Positions 1 through 8,714 of a DNA stretch of 64,000 nt are shown one piece after another; the stretch's first letter is position 1, and each line of letters begins with the position of its first letter. Below the pieces are notes generated by a model. The model did no database searches. It had not been told where the DNA came from and worked only from the letters and a program-made list of their open reading frames with translations. The position numbers and the translations under genes were made by a program. The stretch comes from Gammaproteobacteria bacterium (GTDB lineage: Bacteria > Pseudomonadota > Gammaproteobacteria > Eutrophobiales > Eutrophobiaceae). The stretch lies in assembly GCA_021773235.1 (NCBI GenBank), contig JAJFKL010000022.1:389-64388 (forward strand), in the 5' to 3' direction.

Positions 1-305
1 GTAATCTCGCGACCAATAATGATTGCTGCAGGTAATGCCAGATAAATCTCAGGTTTTTGTTGGACTAATAAAACCAATACCACTGCAACCATTAATTTAT
101 CTGCGACTGGGTCTAAAAATGCACCTAAGGATGAAGTTTGGTTTAATTTTCTTGCCAAGTAACCATCTAACACATCAGTCACTGCCGCTATTGCAAAGAC
201 AATGCATGCAAAATAATTGTTCCAACTCAAAGGCAAATAAAATACCAGTACAAAAACGGGTATTAATAGAATGCGCAGTAATGTTAATTGATTAGGTATA
301 TTCAT
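1..305 (-). CDS. pgsA: CDP-diacylglycerol--glycerol-3-phosphate 3-phosphatidyltransferase, N-terminal part (gene runs off the left edge)
   Basis: My own minus-strand translation from the ATG at complement 303-305 gives MNIPNQLTLLRILLIPVFVLVFYLP...AAVTDVLDGYLARKLNQTSSLGAFLDPVADKLMV. This carries the CDP-alcohol phosphatidyltransferase motif DGx2ARx8Gx3Dx3D. The start overlaps the uvrC stop (ATGA). The uvrC-pgsA order matches E. coli. It is absent from the ORF track because it is open at the window edge. Confidence 0.85.
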   Translation of the reverse strand, partial: MNIPNQLTLLRILLIPVFVLVFYLPLSWNNYFACIVFAIAAVTDVLDGYLARKLNQTSSLGAFLDPVADKLMVAVVLVLLVQQKPEIYLALPAAIIIGREI

Positions 306-2131
306 AAATTGTTATGGAATGTTTCATATATCTTCTGAGCGAGATTTTTATTAATTCCTGGCACATTTGCCAGGTCGTCTATTCCAGCCTTGGCAACACC
401 CTGTAACCCACCAAAATGTTTTATCAGGCTTTGGCGACGCTTGTTCCCTATTCCTTCTATATCTTCGAGTGTTGAACGGTTGCGAGTCTTTTTTCTTCGT
501 TGTCGATGTGCTGTGATTGCAAAACGATGCGCTTCATCTCGAATATGCTGAATTAGATGTAACGCTGGAGACGAACTATCACAGTCTATGGTTTTATTTT
601 CAAGTGCTAGAATCAGGTTTTCCAGCCCCGGCTTTCTTGAAGGGCCTTTAGCCACACCTAATATTGGAACGTGTCTAATTTGTAATTCATCGAGTTCTTT
701 TTTTGCCACGCCAATTTGACCTTTCCCACCATCAATTAAAATAAGATCAGGTAGTTTTGCGTCTTCTTTTACGAGCCGTGTGTAACGCCTTCTAATGACT
801 TGACCCATAGCCGCATAATCATCACCTTTGGTAATGTTTTTTATATTAAATTGACGGTATTGTGAGTTCATAGGTCCATCTTGCCCAAACACGACACATG
901 ACCCAACCGTGGACTCACCTTGTGTATGACTAATATCAAAGCACTCCATACGTTCAATAGGCTCTTTAAAAGAGAGTAATTCCTGCAAGGCATCAAAACG
1001 TTTATGTTGGCTCTTATTGCTTGCCAACTTTTGCTTCAATGTCAGATCTGCATTTTCTTGAGTCATCGCGAGCCACTTTGAACGCTCACCTCTCATCTTA
1101 GATTTAAGTTTAACTTTTTTCCCTGCCTTTTCTGAAATAACATCCTCGATCAATTCAGCAGCATCAATAGCGTGACTAAGCAATATTTCAGAGGGTATTT
1201 TTTGCTGTGTATTAGGATTTAGATAAAATTGACTCAAAAATGCCTTTACTAAATCTGCTTCTGGTTGTTCAGCAATATTTTGCGGATAATAACTACGACT
1301 GCCCAGATTCAATCCTGAACGTATAATAACTAGCTGTATACAAGCATGCTTAGCATTTATGGCACAAGCAATAATATCAATGTCGCCACCGTCCGTACTA
1401 ATATGCTGTTTTTCCTGAACATCGCGTAACGAACGTATTTGATCACGTAATCTTGCTGCTACTTCAAATTCCAATGCATCCGATGCTCTTTGCATAGGTT
1501 CATTTAAAGACTTTATAACCTCATCATTTTTCCCTTCAAGGAACAATGTCGCATGATTGATATCACGTTGATAATCTTCTTTATCAATCATATCTACGCA
1601 GGGGGCTGAGCAACGTTTAATTTGATATTGTAAACAAGGCCGAGAACGGTTTGCAAAGATACTGTCTTCACAAGATCTGATCATAAACAACTTCTGTAAC
1701 AGGTTTAGTGTACGCCTTACAGAGCCAGCACCAGGATACGGTCCAAAATACTTTCCCTTTCCTTTTAACGCGCCTCGATGATAGCGGAAATGAGGATAAT
1801 CATGGTCACTTGACAAATATAGGTAAGGATAGCTCTTGTCATCTCGAAACAAGATGTTGTAGCGAGGCTTATAACTCTTTATTAGATTGTTCTCTAGGAT
1901 CAATGCCTCTTTTTCAGTATGTGTAACCGTCACCTCTATATTTTCAACTTGCTTGATCATTACCTGAGTTTTAGGCGAATCCGACTGACTGCGATTAAAA
2001 TAGCTTGAAACTCGTTTCTTCAGGTTTTTGGCTTTCCCGACGTAGATCACCTTGCCTTCGCCATCTTGCATACAATAAACACCAGGAAGACTGGTCAGTG
2101 TCTTGAGGTATAACTTTGAATCAAATGACAT
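302..2131 (-). CDS. uvrC: Excinuclease ABC subunit C
   Basis: 609 aa. N-terminal GIY-YIG motif (PGVYCMQDGEGKVIYVGKAKNLKKRVSSYF), a UvrB-interacting region and a C-terminal HhH region (IEGIGNKRRQSLIKHFGGLQGV). Confidence 0.95.
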   Translation of the reverse strand: MSFDSKLYLKTLTSLPGVYCMQDGEGKVIYVGKAKNLKKRVSSYFNRSQSDSPKTQVMIKQVENIEVTVTHTEKEALILENNLIKSYKPRYNILFRDDKSYPYLYLSSDHDYPHFRYHRGALKGKGKYFGPYPGAGSVRRTLNLLQKLFMIRSCEDSIFANRSRPCLQYQIKRCSAPCVDMIDKEDYQRDINHATLFLEGKNDEVIKSLNEPMQRASDALEFEVAARLRDQIRSLRDVQEKQHISTDGGDIDIIACAINAKHACIQLVIIRSGLNLGSRSYYPQNIAEQPEADLVKAFLSQFYLNPNTQQKIPSEILLSHAIDAAELIEDVISEKAGKKVKLKSKMRGERSKWLAMTQENADLTLKQKLASNKSQHKRFDALQELLSFKEPIERMECFDISHTQGESTVGSCVVFGQDGPMNSQYRQFNIKNITKGDDYAAMGQVIRRRYTRLVKEDAKLPDLILIDGGKGQIGVAKKELDELQIRHVPILGVAKGPSRKPGLENLILALENKTIDCDSSSPALHLIQHIRDEAHRFAITAHRQRRKKTRNRSTLEDIEGIGNKRRQSLIKHFGGLQGVAKAGIDDLANVPGINKNLAQKIYETFHNNL

Positions 2132-2136
2132 AGAAA

Positions 2137-2781
2137 CTAGATTTTGAGCTGTGCCTTAATCTGAATAAAAATTTCGCTGAACATAGCTTCAGTCAGCCTT
2201 TTTGTGTTTGTGTTGTATCTACTGCAATGATAAGAATCAATAATAGATCGGCCATCATCAAGCTGGTAAATTTTGCCATGTTTGAAGGGGTATTTTGATT
2301 GTTTTAGCCCCAATGCCTTGAGAACAGCTTTATGAGAAACCAACCCTAAACTAAGAATCATGGCTTTTTTATCGATCGTCTTCAATTCTTCGACTAAATA
2401 TCGATTGCAGGTATTTATCTCATCGCCTATGGGCTTATTTCCTGGTGGTAAACATTTAACCGCATTCGTGATTCGGCAATGCTTCAAAACCAGGCCATCA
2501 TCCAAATCGGTCGAAATTGCTTTATTACTGAATCCATACTTATGCAACATCTCATAAAGAATAATCCCGGCATGATCTCCGGTAAATGGTCTACCGCTGG
2601 CATTAGCGCCATGCATCCCAGGCGCTAGCCCCACTATAAGAAGCTTTGGGCTTGCTACTCCAAAAGGGGGGACAGGCCGCGCATGATAGTCCGGAAATTT
2701 TTCTCGGGTCTCATTAAGAAAGTGGCTTAATCTAGGACATAAACGGCACCCTATATCGAAAACAGCATTGTTATTAGACAA
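2137..2781 (-). CDS. Uracil-DNA glycosylase superfamily protein (family 4/5-like)
   Basis: 214 aa. Motifs CRLCPRL and GLAPGMHGANASGRPFTGDHAG, plus a C-terminal HCSRYN, are typical of Fe-S type UDG families. It lies 5 nt upstream of uvrC, so is probably co-transcribed. Confidence 0.8.
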   Translation of the reverse strand: MSNNNAVFDIGCRLCPRLSHFLNETREKFPDYHARPVPPFGVASPKLLIVGLAPGMHGANASGRPFTGDHAGIILYEMLHKYGFSNKAISTDLDDGLVLKHCRITNAVKCLPPGNKPIGDEINTCNRYLVEELKTIDKKAMILSLGLVSHKAVLKALGLKQSKYPFKHGKIYQLDDGRSIIDSYHCSRYNTNTKRLTEAMFSEIFIQIKAQLKI

Positions 2782-3102
2782 ATCTAAACCCTATAATATA
2801 CATTATAAATAATCTATAACTTATTGTTAATTATCATTATATTGATTTCATATGTTTGTGTAATTGAGCCGGTTATATTATTTACACTAATTTCTATGTC
2901 TCAACATCACTTTACAAGAATGTATAAAAATAGTCATAAATAACAAGGCTTTACTCATAATTAATCTTCAAAGCGTTAAACACATAATAAATTATACTGT
3001 CTAATTAGTCCATCTCATACAACTCAACACAAACTATTAACTATATATATTATTAATAAATACAATTATTTATATTGTTATTATAATGTTATGTATTAAT
3101 TG

Positions 3103-3160
3103 TTGACATTAAATAATAATTGTTATATTTATACTGTCCAATTATACAGTCTATTTATAA
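3103..3160 (+). promoter_or_regulatory. Candidate promoter/operator upstream of the MerR-cyclase gene
   Basis: TTGACA at 3103-3108. Possible -10 hexamers follow (TATATT at 3124-3129, TATACT at 3130-3135), but the spacing is non-ideal at 15 or 21 nt. ACTGT-N8-ACAGT dyad at 3132-3149. The TATACTGTC motif also occurs at about 2993. Not validated. Confidence 0.25.
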
Positions 3161-3164
3161 AAGC

Positions 3165-4670
3165 ATGCTAACAAGTAAGCAAATATTAGAACTAACAGGA
3201 ATATCTCGAGCAACGTTAAATAATTACATTGCTCTAGGTCTACTTGAAAAACCCTCAGTACAGCCCACAAAGGAAGATGATGGGCGTGCACCACGAATTG
3301 GTTATTTTCCTGATGACGCTCTTAATCAGATAAAACAAATAAAAAAATTAAAAAAGGAAGGTCTTTCAATGTCAGCAATCACTGAACATTTTAATAACAA
3401 TAATATACAAGATTCAGTCACCCCTTTCCCGGAACAACAATTTACAACTAAACCAGAAAATGACTCAAAAAGGTTACTTACCCTTGAGTTGGGTATAGAT
3501 GATATTCCAGGACCTGCCTATATGGTGAATAATAATTTTGAGGTGGTTTGGTGGAATGACGATGCCGTTGAACAATTATTTGGCCAAGAAGATTGTATGC
3601 AAGGTGATCTGGAGGAGCGAAACGTATTTCGATTACTAATGGAGTCGCCTATCGCTCGTAAAATGGTCGAATGGCAGGACATCCTGTCGAATCACCTTGA
3701 AACGGCAAAGAAACGATTATCACATAAGAATATCGCTTCTATATATAGTTCGCTCAGTCCTGATGATGCCAGAATTATGGATGAACTTTATGAGTCGGCG
3801 AAGATGATAAACGAAGTCCCCATGATTCATTATCCTGTGAATCTAAACACATCATCAGAAGAAATCGAAGCTTATAACTTATATGCCTCCTTTTTTCGTG
3901 AGGGGATTTTATTTGCATATGCAAAATCTGAAGTGGATTGCTCCCCTCTTCTAGAACTGCTATCTAGGCGTGACCATGTAATCCGCAATTTACTTAAAAA
4001 ACGAAAACCATTCCTGACGCCACTGTCGGTTATGGTGGCAGACCTACAGAATTCAGTTCAAATTTGTGCAGAATTACCTCCAGATGAGTATTTCGAACTT
4101 ATTAATCATATTTGGCAGGCCGCGGAACCTATATTTCGAAAATATTACGGCACCCATGGCAAACATGTCGGTGATGGGATGGTTTATTATTTTTTCCCCC
4201 AACCCGATAGCAATTATATTCTGAACTCGATTCATTGCGCACATGATCTTAAAAACATGATGTCTGAAGTAAGTCGCGAATGGCAGACTCGTAAAAATTG
4301 GCTCCATGCACTGCACCTGAATATCGGTCTCCATGAAGGTCAAGAATGGTTTGGCACCTATCACAGCGGCACTAATCTCGAGTTTACCGTATTAGGAGAT
4401 ACCATTAATCACGCAGCAAGGATTAGTGATTTGGCCAGACAAGGTTCTATTTGGGCAACAAAAAACATGTTAGGAAGTTTAAGCTCGCAGGAACGCAAGC
4501 AACTACGGTATGGAATTAGAAGAGTAACTGAAAATGGTGAAGAAATTTTGGTTAAGGATATTTATTCAAGAATATCAAGCATTGTCGATTTAACTGAAGG
4601 CCGTAATTATAAATTTAATGATATTGCAATGCTTCCAGTTACAGAGATAGTTGACATAGAAGAATCATAA
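3165..4670 (+). CDS. MerR-type HTH / PAS-like / class III adenylate-guanylate cyclase fusion protein
   Basis: - N-terminus: LTSKQILELTGISRATLNNYIALGLL...IGYFPDDALNQIKQIKKLKKEGLSMSAI, a MerR-family HTH with wing.
- Middle: PAS-like PGPAYMVNNNFEVVWWNDDAVEQLFG.
- C-terminus, class III cyclase motifs: VMVADLQNS, GKHVGDGMVYYF, NIGLHEGQEWFG, FTVLGDTINHAARIS.
- The ORF track starts at a TTG (3120). I prefer the ATG at 3165. Confidence 0.8.
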   Translation: MLTSKQILELTGISRATLNNYIALGLLEKPSVQPTKEDDGRAPRIGYFPDDALNQIKQIKKLKKEGLSMSAITEHFNNNNIQDSVTPFPEQQFTTKPENDSKRLLTLELGIDDIPGPAYMVNNNFEVVWWNDDAVEQLFGQEDCMQGDLEERNVFRLLMESPIARKMVEWQDILSNHLETAKKRLSHKNIASIYSSLSPDDARIMDELYESAKMINEVPMIHYPVNLNTSSEEIEAYNLYASFFREGILFAYAKSEVDCSPLLELLSRRDHVIRNLLKKRKPFLTPLSVMVADLQNSVQICAELPPDEYFELINHIWQAAEPIFRKYYGTHGKHVGDGMVYYFFPQPDSNYILNSIHCAHDLKNMMSEVSREWQTRKNWLHALHLNIGLHEGQEWFGTYHSGTNLEFTVLGDTINHAARISDLARQGSIWATKNMLGSLSSQERKQLRYGIRRVTENGEEILVKDIYSRISSIVDLTEGRNYKFNDIAMLPVTEIVDIEES

Positions 4671-4700
4671 TAAAGTTCATTTTATATATCTCATGCTTAG

Positions 4701-5603
4701 ATGAGCATGGATAGTAATCTCCTTAAAACAATAATAAGAATAGCTAACATGAATTACATCGGTCGTTACAAATTAGAAAACAAGCTTGGGGAAGGTACTT
4801 CGGGGATTGTCTATCGCGCCTACGACCCATTAATGGATCGTACTGTCGCAATAAAAGCTATAAAGGCTGGGACGATGAATGAAAATGAAATTAAGCAAGC
4901 CATTAGCGAATTTCATCACGAAGCTAAAATTGCAGGAAAATACACTCATGAAAATATTGTGGCTATTTATGATGTTATTAAAGAAGGTGGATTAGATTAT
5001 ATCGTTATGGAATACGTCCCTGGTTGTTCAATATTGGATTACATGACAACGATTGGAGCAATGGATGTAGAGGAAACTCTTTCAGTAATCTATAAATGTT
5101 GTATCGGATTGGCATACATACACTATCACGGTGTCATCCATAGAGATATCAAACCGGGAAATATTATGTATCATCCGGTAAATGGCATCGCTAAAATAAC
5201 TGATTTTAGTATTTCTCAAAAAATAGAAGAACAGCCCATTCAAAATTCTGGCTCCATAGGCTACATGGCACCAGAACATTTTGATGAAAACAGAAAAATC
5301 ACTACGCTTACCGATCTTTTTGCTCTGGGTTCAACCATGTATAAAATGCTTACGAAAAAATACCCCTTTAGCAAAGAAGACACGGCGTCTCAAATAATGA
5401 ATGAACAGGCTATCCCCGTTTATGAATTAAAATCGGAGGTGCCTCGAGAAGTCTCCTATATTATTGATAAAGCAATGGCGAAAACTGATAAAGATAGGTT
5501 TCAATCTGCTGCAGAGTTTGCATTTGAAATAAAACAAACTATGGAACGTTTCTATCCACATTCTCCTTTGATAAACTCATCAAAAGATTACGTATTAATG
5601 TAA
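4701..5603 (+). CDS. Hanks-type serine/threonine protein kinase (kinase domain only)
   Basis: 300 aa. G-loop GEGTSGIVY, VAIK lysine, catalytic loop HRDIKPGNIM, DFS (a DFG variant) and GYMAPE. It starts 30 nt after the cyclase gene on the same strand. Confidence 0.85.
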   Translation: MSMDSNLLKTIIRIANMNYIGRYKLENKLGEGTSGIVYRAYDPLMDRTVAIKAIKAGTMNENEIKQAISEFHHEAKIAGKYTHENIVAIYDVIKEGGLDYIVMEYVPGCSILDYMTTIGAMDVEETLSVIYKCCIGLAYIHYHGVIHRDIKPGNIMYHPVNGIAKITDFSISQKIEEQPIQNSGSIGYMAPEHFDENRKITTLTDLFALGSTMYKMLTKKYPFSKEDTASQIMNEQAIPVYELKSEVPREVSYIIDKAMAKTDKDRFQSAAEFAFEIKQTMERFYPHSPLINSSKDYVLM

Positions 5604-5621
5604 CAAACTTTAAAGTCCATT

Positions 5622-6713
5622 TTACCAATCTAGATTGGTTGGAACATCAGCATGGTTTTGAGTATGCCTATACTTTGAACTTGCTTTATAGACTTCTTTT
5701 CTAATTCTATTTAATTCCCCGATTGGCCGATGTGTGTCTAGACTATTCCAGGGTGAAAAAGAAAGGTTTTCGCAGAATTCACGCTGTTCCGGACTATTAA
5801 ACGACTGTCGAGGTATTACAATCTTTGCTACTGGTATAAATGGTGAGTCAGATTCGCGCCATTCAATACTTGGATCTTCAATTGGCATATATTTTTTTGG
5901 GTCTTGTAATTGCACCATAAAATCAAAACAACCCTCCCCCGCAATTAATTCCTTAGCCATTTCTTTTTGCAAGAAATCAGGATTAGATTTTTCATCTGAC
6001 GATGTTTTGTCTTGTAGAGAGCAAGCTCTAGCTGAAAACTTTATGTTACGTGGACCAAGCTTATAAGCAGTGTTGCTGAAATACTGCGTTTTCAAAGGAC
6101 TTTCAGGCGGTGGCTTCAATGTTTCTAATGCATTCATTAATTCTCTCAGTTTCCATTTGAAAGGATTGATACCTTTAACAAAATATAAAATCTTATCTTC
6201 ACTCTCAAGAAACTGGTTGTAGTCATTAATATTTGCGACAAAAAAGACAGGGCTGTCATGCATTAAAAACTCTTGGGTTTCAGAACCACCTGTGTGTCTT
6301 TCTAGTCCATGCTGGTAAACATTAAAGAGCTTTAGCGCCATTCCATGTGCATCTTTGTTTGAGTCGTAATTCCCTTTCATTCCCCCTTTCCCGTTAGAAA
6401 AACGTATCCAAGCTTTATAGGTTTTACCAGGCAGGGAGAAAAGACCGTGCTGAAACTCAGGCTCGATCTTTTCATTAATTTCAAAATAAGCTTTAACGCA
6501 AGCATGTGCTTTAGAATGTGCGCCACGGGCAACATATGTGGTCCTGTCAGCATCAAGATCTTTTATAAATTGTTTTGCCGAACGATTGGCTTGTACTTCT
6601 TCATCATCACGAATGATTTCATTCTCTGTGACAGGTGCGTTACTTGAAAAGTGATAAGCGAAAAAGAGACATAAAAAGAGTGATATAACTAAGACTATTT
6701 TTAAAAAGCGCAT
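5622..6713 (-). CDS. Small catalase-related haem protein (catalase-core family, exported or anchored)
   Basis: 363 aa. Hydrophobic N-terminus (MRFLKIVLVISLFLCLFFAY). Catalase-core-like motifs ARGAHSKAHACV, IRFSNGKGG and RKEVY (Arg-x3-Tyr, proximal ligand pattern). Much shorter than true catalases. Confidence 0.7.
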   Translation of the reverse strand: MRFLKIVLVISLFLCLFFAYHFSSNAPVTENEIIRDDEEVQANRSAKQFIKDLDADRTTYVARGAHSKAHACVKAYFEINEKIEPEFQHGLFSLPGKTYKAWIRFSNGKGGMKGNYDSNKDAHGMALKLFNVYQHGLERHTGGSETQEFLMHDSPVFFVANINDYNQFLESEDKILYFVKGINPFKWKLRELMNALETLKPPPESPLKTQYFSNTAYKLGPRNIKFSARACSLQDKTSSDEKSNPDFLQKEMAKELIAGEGCFDFMVQLQDPKKYMPIEDPSIEWRESDSPFIPVAKIVIPRQSFNSPEQREFCENLSFSPWNSLDTHRPIGELNRIRKEVYKASSKYRHTQNHADVPTNLDW

Positions 6714-6725
6714 ACAAACTGAATT

Positions 6726-6989
6726 TTATTTGAAATTCACAATTTCAAAATGCACATTCTCAACAAGCGCTTTCATTTGAACGAGTTCATTCATAGTGAG
6801 TGCAATAGCTTCTTCACTACCCTCTTCTATAAACATCAAATGTTCCGTCTTATCTGGCTTTATCAATGTATCGACGGCAACGCCTTTTAGTTCTTTTCCT
6901 GACGTCATAGATAGCGTAATGGGTATACGAAATGTGCACGCGATTTCTATATAATCATGAAGCTCACATGACATTAGTGACGATGTCAT
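6726..6989 (-). CDS. Rof-like (Rho-binding antiterminator family) small protein
   Basis: 87 aa. SCELHDYIEIACTFRIPITLSMTSGKELKGVAVDT resembles E. coli Rof (CDDYDNLELAC...LELKDGEKLQAKA). Confidence 0.6.
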   Translation of the reverse strand: MTSSLMSCELHDYIEIACTFRIPITLSMTSGKELKGVAVDTLIKPDKTEHLMFIEEGSEEAIALTMNELVQMKALVENVHFEIVNFK

Positions 6990-6991
6990 AT

Positions 6992-8704
6992 TTATAATGT
7001 CTTCATGTATTCAACTAAAGCCCAAATTTCTTCATCTGTAAAAGGATCTGTATCGTAATCACCCGTGCCATATTCATGTCCGGCATTACTATTCCCTTTT
7101 AAACGCGTTTCAAAGAAAAAAGAACCAGCTCGCTCTTCATCGACATATCCCACCTTAATGAGATCAAACTCCCATGAGCCTATATAAAATGACTTTGTTC
7201 TTTGAGATGCAGGCAATAACAGTTCATATAAATTAGGCACAGAGCCATTGTGCAAATACGGCCCACCTGCCCAAACGCCATTCAATGGTCTTGCTTTATA
7301 AGCAAGTAATGCTTTTTCTGAGACTTCTTGACCTCGCTCAATAATTTCACCGTCAACATACTTAGGTGGATGAATCTCATCAGGATGCCCCATCTGCTCA
7401 GAGTCTCTTATCGCTAAAAGACTTTGTATTGGATTATTCGTTAATACACCTCCCATTATATTATTGACAATATAGAGCGCAGGTTCATCCTCTCCCATAA
7501 TATCCCCAACAGAATAAAAGCGCGGCTTACCTGCAAATATTCCAGTTTTACCGCGTTGAAAAATTGCATTCTTTGCCATCCAAGGATCTGTCTGAATAGC
7601 ATCTAATGTACTCATACGTGTTTTAATTTTTCGATTTGGATCTGTACGATCAATATCTTGATGGCAGCTCAAACAGTGATTTTCATATAAGACTCTGCCT
7701 GCTTTTGCTTTTGCTTGATCTATCTTTGGGAAAAACTCTGGCCATAGTGGCGAATGCAGTGTGGCAACTTTCTTTTCCATGTCGCGCAGATTTTTGGCCT
7801 GAATAGAAGATGGGTAACCGCCATCAATAAAATATAACCATTTTTTTGTAACGGGTTCGACATCACCAAAAACACCAATCACCTCACCAACGTTCCTCGC
7901 CAATGCCCCTATATCTGCATTCGACTGTGAACCGTCCCACTCAACATAATCATGTTGTGGTGTATCCCAAATATATGGGTAACTCGTTGGGGCATCGGGG
8001 GAGTTATAATTATCTTTTACACCGGCTAACAACAAGCCTTTGTTTAAGATCGCACCAAAAGCATCCAGACGTGAATAACCATAGGCGACATCGGTTTTAT
8101 TTCGACGATTATTATCTTTTCTGATCGCTAAATAATTCTGGAACTCTTTTTTTAGCGCTAAACTTTCATTGTTTGAATGTTTTTCACCCAGTACTCGTTT
8201 CTCGAAACGGTTGTATTTATTTTCGTCATCAAGTGTTGTTTGCATTGATGCTTCAATAGCGGTCAAAAACATCGACAAATCCATCATGCTTTGCCCACCA
8301 TCAATGCGAACAAACTTATCTTTATATTTTAATTGCTGGGTATGACATGCCGCACAATTTAATCCAAGATAATCATTCGCAAGCGTAAAACCAACGGGCA
8401 GAGTTTCGGGATTGCTTTTACTTTTCTTTCCTAATAAAAACCCAAACCGTAATAAGTTGAGTGCGTCACTCAAAAGACTTTCATTATCGGCTTGCTCTAT
8501 ATTTTTAAATATTCGGTATGGCATCAAACGAGAGCCTTGATCAATATAGTAAAACCACTCTCGATCAGAGTCGCTCCAGTTTTGTTCAAGATAAACTAGC
8601 TCATCAATCTCCATGGATTGCTTATCTTGTATTTCAGAAGCCAATGCGGAGGCATGAAGCAAAATCGCAACGATAATAATTATAAAATGTTCAATGTATT
8701 TCAT
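6992..8704 (-). CDS. Di-haem cytochrome c, bacterial cytochrome c peroxidase/MauG/RoxA-like superfamily
   Basis: 570 aa. Signal peptide (IIIIVAILLHASALASE). Two CxxCH motifs (NCAACH, HCLSCH). GPYLHNGSVPNLYELL is a CCP/MauG-type motif. Confidence 0.75.
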   Translation of the reverse strand: MKYIEHFIIIIVAILLHASALASEIQDKQSMEIDELVYLEQNWSDSDREWFYYIDQGSRLMPYRIFKNIEQADNESLLSDALNLLRFGFLLGKKSKSNPETLPVGFTLANDYLGLNCAACHTQQLKYKDKFVRIDGGQSMMDLSMFLTAIEASMQTTLDDENKYNRFEKRVLGEKHSNNESLALKKEFQNYLAIRKDNNRRNKTDVAYGYSRLDAFGAILNKGLLLAGVKDNYNSPDAPTSYPYIWDTPQHDYVEWDGSQSNADIGALARNVGEVIGVFGDVEPVTKKWLYFIDGGYPSSIQAKNLRDMEKKVATLHSPLWPEFFPKIDQAKAKAGRVLYENHCLSCHQDIDRTDPNRKIKTRMSTLDAIQTDPWMAKNAIFQRGKTGIFAGKPRFYSVGDIMGEDEPALYIVNNIMGGVLTNNPIQSLLAIRDSEQMGHPDEIHPPKYVDGEIIERGQEVSEKALLAYKARPLNGVWAGGPYLHNGSVPNLYELLLPASQRTKSFYIGSWEFDLIKVGYVDEERAGSFFFETRLKGNSNAGHEYGTGDYDTDPFTDEEIWALVEYMKTL

Positions 8705-8714
8705 TACCCTTTAA

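Noticed and set aside
23-295. 90 aa plus-strand ORF at the left edge.
   Set aside because: It is antisense to a much better reading frame: pgsA, with its CDP-alcohol phosphatidyltransferase motif. The translation is low-complexity with no motif.
3120-3164. TTG start given by the ORF track for the cyclase gene.
   Set aside because: The extra 15 residues (MLYLYCPIIQSIYKS) fall in the promoter-like AT-rich region. The ATG at 3165 begins directly at the HTH.
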